From NCBI GenBank assembly GCA_965207885.1, contig OZ242311.1:2144001-2208000 (forward strand): DNA of 64,000 bases, given 5' to 3'. The translations under genes and the position numbers were made by a program. The notes beneath the pieces were generated by a model. The model saw only the letters and a program-made list of their open reading frames with translations. It searched no databases and was not told where the DNA came from. Shown in pieces: positions 49,198 through 57,655 of the stretch. This DNA comes from Candidatus Latescibacterota bacterium. Its GTDB lineage: Bacteria; Latescibacterota; UBA2968. How positions within the stretch are numbered: the stretch's first letter is position 1; every line of letters starts with the position of its first letter.

Positions 49198-49250
49198 GGC
49201 TCCCCCTGTAAAAAAATAAGATAGGCTATCAAGTGTTATTTTTTGATTAA

Positions 49251-49266
49251 AGCAATAACCGTGCCA
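49251..49266 (-). promoter_or_regulatory. Sigma54 (-24/-12) promoter
   Basis: TGGCACG-GTTA-TTGCT matches TGGCACG-N4-TTGCW exactly, 54 nt upstream of the permease ATG. Confidence 0.85.
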
Positions 49267-49331
49267 AAAATTCTTTATGTATATTTTCCAATAGGTTAAG
49301 TAAAAATGGGAAATTGGCATCCCCACATAAG

Positions 49332-49369
49332 TGTCCGATAATGATACAGTGGTGTCCGTTTTCGGACAC
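49332..49369. promoter_or_regulatory. Tandem palindromes, candidate enhancer-binding-protein sites
   Basis: TGTCCGATAATGATACA and GTGTCCG-tttt-CGGACAC, 65-105 nt upstream of the sigma54 element. Confidence 0.65.
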
Positions 49370-49494
49370 TTGGTACATAAATAATCTATGCCTTGAAACT
49401 GAACTATTTAGGAGGATAGCTCCAAATTAGTTCAACTATTTTGTAGCAAGTTCCAAAATGGTACACTTTTTTCGGCGTTTAAGAATCGATTTGT

Positions 49495-50856
49495 CTAACT
49501 GTCAGATCTGTGGCGGTGGCGCAGGCTACCCAGTTGAAACCGGCGGGGATCGCCGAGGCGTTTGTCCAGAGCCTCGGGTGTCCAGTTGGTGTGGGTGAGT
49601 GCCCAGTCGATTTCGCTGGCGAGCGGGCTGTCGAAGATGCCGGGGTCGTCTGCGCCGATGACGAGGTTGACGTTTGATTCGAGGAATGTGTGGATGGGGT
49701 GATGAGCGGGATCGGGCACGCCGCCTATGCGGAGATTGGAGGTGGGGCATGTTTCGATGACTGTGCCGAGTTTTGTGAGGTGGTTGAGAACAAATTGCTG
49801 GCGGTTGCGGATTTCTTCGAGGCGTTGGGGATTATAGGGGCGCTCGACTATTTCTTCGGGTGTTCGATTTTTCAGGGTTTGTCGTTCGGTTTGGAGTGCG
49901 CTGGCGTTCACTTCGATATCGAAGGCCGAAAGTTCAGAGGCGCGCGTGAGATCGTAGGCGATCTGGTCGAGGCGTTCGCTGACCCGTTCTTTTGTGTGGG
50001 CATCGGGGCGGCGCGCAATCGCGACTGCCGGGTCGAGGCCGAGCGCCGTGGCATGGCCCAATCGCCTGGCGCCCATTTCGGCGGCTTCGTGACACCAGCG
50101 TATCGCGCTTTCGAGGGATTTGTCGAAATAGCTTTCGCCCACGTGATAGGTGATTTCGAGGGCGCGTTCGGGGCGTTGCTGGTTGTCTATGTGTACATGT
50201 TGGAAGAGTGCGCGGTTGTCTTTGGGAGGGTAGCCTTCTTCGATATCGGCAAAGTCAATGCCGACGATGGTGGGTGTGAGTTCGGGGTTTTCATCTATGA
50301 GTTCTTGTACCCATTCGTAGTCTTGTTGCGCGGTCTGGCGGCGCAGGGTGACGATGTAGCGCGCGGTTGTGTTGTTTTGCGATGCGTTTGAGAGAATTTG
50401 GGCGTTTGTGCGGTGAAAGTCGATGAATCCCTCTCGCGTTTCCCCACCGCCGCTGCAACGGTATTCGATAAAGGTGATACCTTCTTTGCGATGCCGGTCA
50501 TGTGCTTTGAAAAACGCCTTGATCAGGAGTTCCTGTCTTTCGGGTGGATGCCTCAAAAGGCTGCTGATGAGGTTGAATTTGGCTTTAAACCGGCCAAAGT
50601 CGCCCCCATCTTTTTCGGTGTAGATGTAGTGTTCTTTAAATTTGGCAAGTCCCACGGTTGGATTGGAGATGGCATCGCGATAGAGTGCGATGGGATCCGG
50701 GCGAATGCCATAAGCTTCTTCGTAGGCGTCGGTAAAGAGCGTCCAGTCAATGTCTTCGTAAAGGTCTTTGCCGAGTTCTATGAGGTCTTCGGCGGTCAAG
50801 CATCCGCCGGGGTGGACGTGGAGTTCGCAAGTTTTGGCTAAGTGGAGTGGGGACAT
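49495..50856 (-). CDS. Adenosine/AMP deaminase family metallohydrolase
   Basis: ELHVH..G, HVGE, RLGH, ETCPTSN, GADDP. Confidence 0.85.
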   Translation of the reverse strand: MSPLHLAKTCELHVHPGGCLTAEDLIELGKDLYEDIDWTLFTDAYEEAYGIRPDPIALYRDAISNPTVGLAKFKEHYIYTEKDGGDFGRFKAKFNLISSLLRHPPERQELLIKAFFKAHDRHRKEGITFIEYRCSGGGETREGFIDFHRTNAQILSNASQNNTTARYIVTLRRQTAQQDYEWVQELIDENPELTPTIVGIDFADIEEGYPPKDNRALFQHVHIDNQQRPERALEITYHVGESYFDKSLESAIRWCHEAAEMGARRLGHATALGLDPAVAIARRPDAHTKERVSERLDQIAYDLTRASELSAFDIEVNASALQTERQTLKNRTPEEIVERPYNPQRLEEIRNRQQFVLNHLTKLGTVIETCPTSNLRIGGVPDPAHHPIHTFLESNVNLVIGADDPGIFDSPLASEIDWALTHTNWTPEALDKRLGDPRRFQLGSLRHRHRSDS

Positions 50857-51043
50857 GTATTATTCCTTTGGGTTCGCGCGTTTTGAGCCTGTTGCGTCTA
50901 AAAAAGTTAAGAGAATTTATAGAGTGAGACAAGCCCCTATTTGCAAAATAAAAAATGTCTCAAATTAGGCAATTCACCGCTTGACGCGGCTTATTATTTA
51001 TGATATTTTATGAAGTGAAATAATCGCGCAAATGGAGGCTTAC

Positions 51044-51274
51044 ATGACCGCACAGTTGTTGATTTTTATCGCTGCAATGATTTATCTGTGTTGGGTATCC
51101 GTTCGGTATTGGAAACGTCGCAATCGCAAAGATGGTCCGTTTATTGAAGTGGTTGAAGATAAGCCCGTGAGTAAGCCGTATAGGCAGAGACGTGTGCAAA
51201 AGAAAAAAGAATCCGATGCCGACCGCGAGTGGCGCAAGCGCGTGCAGGACGAAATTGAAGATATGACAAAATAA
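51044..51274 (+). CDS. Small single-pass membrane protein, unknown function
   Basis: RBS GGAGG; hydrophobic N-terminus then basic tail; own terminator. Confidence 0.7.
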   Translation: MTAQLLIFIAAMIYLCWVSVRYWKRRNRKDGPFIEVVEDKPVSKPYRQRRVQKKKESDADREWRKRVQDEIEDMTK

Positions 51275-51334
51275 AGTCGAGGGTCGAAAGCCATTTGTTC
51301 ACGACAAGCGCGGTCTCTTGACGCACTACAAGAA

Positions 51335-51365
51335 AAAACCCCCATCCAATTAAGATGGGGGTTTT
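51335..51365. terminator. Intrinsic terminator
   Basis: AAAACCCCCATC-caattaa-GATGGGGGTTTT. Confidence 0.85.
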
Positions 51366-51440
51366 ATTATGCTTGCACTTGAGCGATTTGCGTGCTACGT
51401 TACTCGTGAGCGAGCAAACCTTTGAATTGGGATATTGGAT

Positions 51441-52568
51441 ATGCGCGAATATTTAATTATTGATGGACATCTCGATATGGCGTTTAATGCACTGTTTTAT
51501 CGCCGGGATCTCACGCAGTCTGTATATGTGTTGCGCGAGCGCGAAGACAGTATGGTGGGGGGATTGTCAAACCATCCAGATTCGCTGGAGAAACGCCTGG
51601 GGCCACAGCCCAAACGGTTTACGCCAACTGTTTGTTTGCCCGAGATGCGAAAAGGGCGCGTGGGGATTATGCTTTCGACCATTATGTGTCGCGTGCAAAA
51701 TCCACAGGATAATACGCACAATGCGGTGCGCACACAGGATGTGGCTTATGCGAGAGGCCAATCTCATCTGGCGTATTATCGGGCGCTGGAACGGTGTGGC
51801 GAAATTCGGTTTATCAAGTCTGTTGCAGATCTCAATGCCTGTGTTTCTGACTGGGAGAACCCATCGGATGATACGCCCGTGGGGCTTATTTTGTCGATGG
51901 AAAGTGCCGATCCGATTCTGGGGCCCGATCAGGTGGGCGAATGGTATGAAGCGGGACTGCGCTCGGTGTCTTTGACTCATTTTGGCGCCAATACGTATGG
52001 GCATGGCACGGGTACGGTGGGTGGGCTATATCCACCGGCTTACGCGCTGATGGATGCGCTGGCTGAGACCGATATTGCGCTGGATTTGACGCATGCGGCA
52101 GACCTGACCTTCTGGCATATTCTCGATTATTGGAAGGGGCCAGTGCATGCCAGCCATTGCAATTGTCGCGCTTTGGTGCCGGGGCAGCGGCATTTGTCGG
52201 ACGATATGATCCGTGCGATTACGGACCGGGGCGGCGTAATCGGGATGGTTTTTGCCGAGCAGATGTTGTCTCCGGCATGGAATTGGGACGATCAGAGTAC
52301 GCATTATACCACGGCAACCCGACCAATGAAGGCAGTACTCGAACACATCGATCACATCTGCGAACTGACAGGTAGCACAGATCACGTGGCTTATGGCACA
52401 GATCTGGACGGTGGATTTGGTCTGGAGCTTTCGCCCACAGATTATCATACGATTGACGATTTGCAGCGGTTTCTAAATCTGATGCGCGATCACGGCTATG
52501 GAGAAGACGACGTGAAGGGGTTTGCGCATGGGAATTTGGTTCAATTTTTTAATACAGCCTGGGGATGA
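51441..52568 (+). CDS. Membrane dipeptidase (peptidase M19) family
   Basis: DGHLD, MESAD, DLTH, ASH.N.R, GTDLDGG. Confidence 0.88.
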   Translation: MREYLIIDGHLDMAFNALFYRRDLTQSVYVLREREDSMVGGLSNHPDSLEKRLGPQPKRFTPTVCLPEMRKGRVGIMLSTIMCRVQNPQDNTHNAVRTQDVAYARGQSHLAYYRALERCGEIRFIKSVADLNACVSDWENPSDDTPVGLILSMESADPILGPDQVGEWYEAGLRSVSLTHFGANTYGHGTGTVGGLYPPAYALMDALAETDIALDLTHAADLTFWHILDYWKGPVHASHCNCRALVPGQRHLSDDMIRAITDRGGVIGMVFAEQMLSPAWNWDDQSTHYTTATRPMKAVLEHIDHICELTGSTDHVAYGTDLDGGFGLELSPTDYHTIDDLQRFLNLMRDHGYGEDDVKGFAHGNLVQFFNTAWG

Positions 52569-52569
52569 C

Positions 52570-53655
52570 ATGTCCGATCATACTTACTTTATTGTCGATA
52601 GCCACTTAGATCTTGCCTTTTGCGCCATTCAGGTCAATCGCGATCTCACGCAACCCGCGGCAACTGTGCGGGTACACGATTCGGAACTGACTACGCGCAG
52701 TTTTGGGTCGTGTACAACCACGTTTCCCGAGTTGCACAAGGGGCGTGTGGGGATTGTGTTTGGCACAGTGATGTCGCGTATTGATACCAATGATCGCTGG
52801 ACGCGCACGGGGATGTGGGATCAGACGCAGTGTTACGGTGTCGGGAGGGGGCATTACGCCTTTTATAAGGCAATGGAGCGACGGGGGATTATCCGACAGA
52901 TTCACACAGTTGAGGATCTGGACGCGTGCGTTGCGGCGTGGGCGCAGCCTTCGGCAGATACTCCTATCGGGTTGGTGCTGGCGATGGAAAGTGCCGATCC
53001 GATTCTGGATCCCGACCAGGTGTCCGAATGGCGCGATCTGGGCTTGAAAATGGTGAGTATTTCGCATTATGGCGTGAGTTCTTATTGCCACGGAACGGGG
53101 ACGGAAGGGGGATTGCTGGATCGGGGCAGGCCATTGCTGGACGCGCTCAAAGCCGCGGGGATTATTGTGGATTTGACACATACGACTGATCAGGCTTTCT
53201 GGGAAATTCTCGATTATTACGATGGGCCGGTGGCTGCAAGCCATCACAATTGTCGGGCATTGACGCCAGGGCAGAGGCAGTTGACAGATGATATGATCCG
53301 CGCGATTGTTGAACGCGGTGGGGTTATTGGCGCGGCTTTTGATGCGTGGATGCTCGATCCAGAGTGGAAGCGGGGCGTGCCGTGTTATGAGCAGACCACA
53401 AAGGCGACGCTTGATACAATAGTTGATCACATCGATCATGTGTGTCAGCTTGCTGGCAATGCGAATCATTCGGGTATTGGGACGGATCTGGATGGGGGGT
53501 ATGGCCAGGAACAGTCGCCGCGAGATTTAAATACAATTGCCGATTTGCAGAATCTGGTGCCCATTTTTGAACGGCGCGGATATTCAGAAGAGGATATTCA
53601 AAAGGTGTTGTCGGGAAATTGGGTGCGGTTGTTGAAGTCGGTGTGGGAAAGGTGA
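52570..53655 (+). CDS. Membrane dipeptidase (peptidase M19) family, tandem paralog
   Basis: DSHLD, MESAD, DLTH, ASHHN.R, GTDLDGG. Confidence 0.88.
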   Translation: MSDHTYFIVDSHLDLAFCAIQVNRDLTQPAATVRVHDSELTTRSFGSCTTTFPELHKGRVGIVFGTVMSRIDTNDRWTRTGMWDQTQCYGVGRGHYAFYKAMERRGIIRQIHTVEDLDACVAAWAQPSADTPIGLVLAMESADPILDPDQVSEWRDLGLKMVSISHYGVSSYCHGTGTEGGLLDRGRPLLDALKAAGIIVDLTHTTDQAFWEILDYYDGPVAASHHNCRALTPGQRQLTDDMIRAIVERGGVIGAAFDAWMLDPEWKRGVPCYEQTTKATLDTIVDHIDHVCQLAGNANHSGIGTDLDGGYGQEQSPRDLNTIADLQNLVPIFERRGYSEEDIQKVLSGNWVRLLKSVWER

Positions 53656-53667
53656 GAGGATACAAAT

Positions 53668-55125
53668 ATGTCAGAGCGACCAAATTTGCTGTTGATTACA
53701 ACAGATCAACAGCGTGGAGATTGCCTCGGGTGCGATGGGCATCCGGCACTGGAGACGCCGTATCTCGATGAATTGGCCGAGCGGGGGGCGCATTTCCCCC
53801 ACGCATATACATCGGTGCCGTCGTGTACGCCTGCACGCGCGGGGATTATCACGGGAATGGATCAATGGAATCACGGGCGGTTGACAATGACGGGAAGCCA
53901 TCCGCTGGAATATCCGGCGACATTGCCGGGGGAACTCGCAGCGGTGGGATATCACACGCAGGCTGTGGGTAAGATGCATCATGCCCCGCAGCGCAGGTTG
54001 TATGGCTTTCATCACATGGTGCTGGATGAAAGTGGACGGCGGGCGGGAAATTTCATCAGCGATTATCATCTGTTTTTTGATCAGCACAAGGAAGGTGCTT
54101 ACGGGTATCGGGATCACAGTATCGATTGGAATTCATGGATGGCGCGTCCCAGCCATTTGCCCGAGCATTTGCATCCGACGCACTGGACAGCGAGTGAGGG
54201 AATTAAATTTTTGCAGCAACGCGATCCGACCAAACCGTTTTTTATGTGGCTTTCATTTGCGCGTCCTCATTCGCCTTATGATGCGCCCCAGGCGTATTGG
54301 GATATGTATATCGACAATGACAATATCCCCAAAGCCGCTGTGGGAGACTGGGCTGCAGAGTTCGACAAAAAAATCGCAGATGTCAATGCACCGCGTTCGC
54401 ACCGTTCCGATGCGGAAACGCACAGGGGGCGGGCGGGATATTACGGCAATATCACGTTTATCGATCACCAGATTGGGCGCGTGCTATACGAGTTGCGCCA
54501 TCGGGACCCACAAGCATACAGTAATACCCTGATTATTTTTACATCTGATCACGGCGATATGATGGGCGACCACCACCACTGGCGGAAGACGTATGCATAC
54601 GAAGGGTCTGCGCGCATTCCATTTATTGTGAAGTATCCCGATACATGGCGGGATGTGGAGCGAGGGATGAAGTACGATCATCCGGTGGAGTTGCGCGATG
54701 TGATGCCCACATTGCTCGATGCTGCCGAGGTCGATATACCGGCGTCTGTAGATGGACGGTCTCTTCTGGATATTGCGCGGGGGGATGATGAAGGATGGCG
54801 TGCGTTTGTGCAGGGCGAGCATACGACGTGTTATACGAGAGAACACGGCATGCAATATGTGACCGATGGGCACGAGAAGTATATCTGGTTTCATCACACG
54901 GGAGAAGAGCAGTTTTTTAATCTGGATGACGATCCATTGGAATGCTGCGAGTTGTCCAAAGACCCGGCGTATGAAACGCGCATTGCGATGTGGCGCAGAC
55001 GATTGGCAGAGGTGAATGAAAATCGGGGCGATCCGAGGGGGCAAAATGGAGAACTCGTGCCGCAGCCCGATGGCGCGCTGAGCCTGTCGCCAAATTATCA
55101 GAAATGGAAAGAAGCCGCACAATAA
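53668..55125 (+). CDS. Arylsulfatase/choline-sulfatase-like S1 sulfatase
   Basis: TDQQR, CTPAR, GKMH, PHSPY, SDHG. Confidence 0.92.
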   Translation: MSERPNLLLITTDQQRGDCLGCDGHPALETPYLDELAERGAHFPHAYTSVPSCTPARAGIITGMDQWNHGRLTMTGSHPLEYPATLPGELAAVGYHTQAVGKMHHAPQRRLYGFHHMVLDESGRRAGNFISDYHLFFDQHKEGAYGYRDHSIDWNSWMARPSHLPEHLHPTHWTASEGIKFLQQRDPTKPFFMWLSFARPHSPYDAPQAYWDMYIDNDNIPKAAVGDWAAEFDKKIADVNAPRSHRSDAETHRGRAGYYGNITFIDHQIGRVLYELRHRDPQAYSNTLIIFTSDHGDMMGDHHHWRKTYAYEGSARIPFIVKYPDTWRDVERGMKYDHPVELRDVMPTLLDAAEVDIPASVDGRSLLDIARGDDEGWRAFVQGEHTTCYTREHGMQYVTDGHEKYIWFHHTGEEQFFNLDDDPLECCELSKDPAYETRIAMWRRRLAEVNENRGDPRGQNGELVPQPDGALSLSPNYQKWKEAAQ

Positions 55126-55139
55126 AATGCGAGGATGCT

Positions 55140-55619
55140 ATGGCCCAAAAATACTGGCTTGTAAAGTGTGAGTACGATGTGTGCTCTTTTGAAGAATTGA
55201 GCAATCGGCCCAGTGGGATTGGGTACTGGCGAGGGGTGCGCAATTATCAGGCGCGCAATTTTATCCGCGACGAAATGCAAAAAGGCGATCAGGCACTTTT
55301 CTATCAGTCGAATTGTAAAAATCCCGGTGTTGCCGGTATTGCGAATATTGTGCGTGCGGGATATCCCGATCCATCGCAATTCGATGCCCGTCATCAGTAC
55401 TACGACGAGAAGGCCTTGAAAGAAGATCCGCGCTGGTTTTCTTTTGATGTGCAATGGTCAAAAGCATTTGAGCCGTATATTAGCCTACAAGACCTCAAGA
55501 ACAATCCTCTGCTCAAAGATATGAAGGTGGTTCAGCGCGGACAGCGGTTGTCAATTCTGCCGGTCACAAAGGAGGAGTTTGAGATTGTGTGCGAGATGGG
55601 GGGGCATCTGGCGAGATGA
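55140..55619 (+). CDS. EVE domain protein
   Basis: YWLVK.E, W.GVRNYQARNF, GD...FY.SNC, RLSI.PV. Confidence 0.92.
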   Translation: MAQKYWLVKCEYDVCSFEELSNRPSGIGYWRGVRNYQARNFIRDEMQKGDQALFYQSNCKNPGVAGIANIVRAGYPDPSQFDARHQYYDEKALKEDPRWFSFDVQWSKAFEPYISLQDLKNNPLLKDMKVVQRGQRLSILPVTKEEFEIVCEMGGHLAR

Positions 55620-55682
55620 GAAGGCCAAAGTATAGAAAATGAAATTCTTCAAAGACAGTTCGTTGCAGAGAAAAGGTACATA

Positions 55683-56276
55683 ATGCCGCGTAAAAACAGG
55701 GTTCTCAGCATTGGTGATATTGCCCCCTTATTTACCCTCCCTTCGCATCAACGACAAGACGTATCGCTCGTATCGTATCGAGGTAAAGAACATGTCATTC
55801 TGACGTTTTTTCGGGGAACCTGGTGAAAAAGAAGCCGTCGTCAGTTGGCGATAGTGCAAGAACATATAGATGTTTATACCGAACGCAATGCGACATCTAT
55901 CGCTATCGCAGCAGGACAGCAACTCTGTGAACTGCGCGAATACGCCGAATGGAGTGGTATCACCTATCCGCTTCTGGCGGACGAAGATCGAAGTGCCATC
56001 AAAAGTTATGGGGTCTATCACTGGTACGGCCTGGCGTTTGCTCACAATCTCATTTACAACATTTTGCGTCCAGCGGGATTTTTTATCGACAAACTCGGCT
56101 ATTCGTTATATAACTGGCTCGGTCTGCCAGATCACAGCCTCGTTCACAGTATTGCCCGTCCAGCGACGTTTATCATCGATAAACTCGGCATTATTAGATA
56201 TATGTATATTGGTTCAAATCAGTTTGATTTAGCCGAACAGGAAGAAATTCTCGAGCACTTGAAATTGCTACCATAA
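55683..56276 (+). CDS. Peroxiredoxin-like (AhpC/TSA, thioredoxin fold) protein with in-frame TGA, putative selenoprotein
   Basis: ATG 55683 reads L.IGD.AP.FTLP..VSL..YRG..VIL.FFRGTW-TGA(55824)-KRSRRQL and is in frame with the ORF-track fragment YPLLAD..YGV..RPATFIIDK.G.IRY. Confidence 0.82.
55837..55852 (+). promoter_or_regulatory. Candidate bacterial SECIS hairpin
   Basis: GTCGTC-AGTT-GGCGAT; 6-bp stem beginning at the 11th nt after the TGA, with G at loop position 2. Confidence 0.6.
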
Positions 56277-56400
56277 TTTAAATGAAAAAATAAATAAGAC
56301 TTGACAAAAAATTGGTGATGTTCAAATATTTTTATTGTAAAACCTAAACAGATGTTCCGCTGCCTGACCTCGATAATTTGGGTTAAAATGAGGTGATAGA

Positions 56401-57576
56401 GTGCAGATACCTTCTTCATATCAACCCGGGTATGAAAAAGCACTTCTGACCGATCCCGATCTCGCTAAAACGTACATTCAACACACGCTCATTGGCGATT
56501 CCGATGCCGATGCCCTGATCAATGGATTAGCCGGTATTGACGAGAAGCAACAGAGCGAATTTATCAGGGCTGGAATGGATCTGGATGAGGAAAAACTGCG
56601 TGATGCGCCTCAAGCATTACGGGCGTTTTTTGAGAAGGTCGGGACGCCGCCCGCGTGGTTTGATCCCGAGTCAGTATATCCCGGATGCCGTGGCTTCCAA
56701 GCCTATTCAGATCTGTTTCTTACCTCGTTTGTCGTGGATATTATTGTACAGGGTTTCACTACACTGATCAGCCAATCGTTTTTCACCACAGGAAGGCTGA
56801 CCGATCAGGGGGTGCGGCGGCTAAAGCAAAATATACTTCACCTCCTGGAAATTATGTTGCCGGGTGGCCTGGAGCGATATGGCGAGGGCTGGAAACTGTC
56901 TGTCCGTCTGCGGCTGGTGCATGCACAGGTCAGGCGGCATCTTCTCGCTTCTGAGGTGTGGGACCATGAAGCCCACGGCATGCCGATCAGTGCTGCCCAC
57001 ATCGCGCTCGCGTCCTGTAATTTCTCCGGGATGCTGTTGCGGTCAGCCACGCGAATTGGCGCACGTCTAAACGATGAAGAACGCGACAGTTTTATGCAGA
57101 TATGGCGCTATACCGCTCATCTGATGGGTGTGCCCGAGGCACTCTTGTTCAGCAATGAGACCGAAGCCTGTGAAACATACCGCGTGGGTTATATCTGCGA
57201 GCCGTTCCCCGGTCTGGAAGCTATTGCTATGGCAAACTCGGTGATTGCCTCGGCTCCTTACGTGATCGGTATTAAAGACGAGAAAGAGCGAGATAATCTA
57301 TCTGGTTTTGGGTACCGCCTTTCCCGAGCGTTGATTGGAGACGAACTCGCCGATCAACTCATGTTCCCCAAAAGTCGGACATCTGGGCCCGGGACACTGG
57401 TATATTTGCGGCTGAGGCGCAGAATTCAGGATATCCTCGATGTCCTGCTATGGTGGAGACCGGGTCATCGTACCCAAAGCTTCATGGCCTTGCTCGACGT
57501 ATCTACGCTCGGAGAACATAAAAACAGTTACCGATTACCCGACAAGCTACACGCAGACGAGGCGAAGCCGTGGTGA
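56401..57576 (+). CDS. Oxygenase MpaB / DUF2236 (Lcp-like) family protein
   Basis: GD..AD, P.WFD, RRL, G..SVR.RLVHAQVR, W....G.PIS, WRY...LMGVP. Confidence 0.82.
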   Translation: MQIPSSYQPGYEKALLTDPDLAKTYIQHTLIGDSDADALINGLAGIDEKQQSEFIRAGMDLDEEKLRDAPQALRAFFEKVGTPPAWFDPESVYPGCRGFQAYSDLFLTSFVVDIIVQGFTTLISQSFFTTGRLTDQGVRRLKQNILHLLEIMLPGGLERYGEGWKLSVRLRLVHAQVRRHLLASEVWDHEAHGMPISAAHIALASCNFSGMLLRSATRIGARLNDEERDSFMQIWRYTAHLMGVPEALLFSNETEACETYRVGYICEPFPGLEAIAMANSVIASAPYVIGIKDEKERDNLSGFGYRLSRALIGDELADQLMFPKSRTSGPGTLVYLRLRRRIQDILDVLLWWRPGHRTQSFMALLDVSTLGEHKNSYRLPDKLHADEAKPW

Positions 57577-57655
57577 GGTATGACGGTCTTTATCCACCAA
57601 TATATAAATGAGGAAATCATTCGCTTGGTGAACTCGTCGCCGCACTTAATCCGAA

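Noticed and set aside
20041-49326. Long N-terminal extensions in the ORF track (cinA, 27301, 29618, 44689, 45950, 49326 and others)
   Set aside because: They overlap neighbouring genes or promoters; downstream starts have an RBS and/or match family N-termini.
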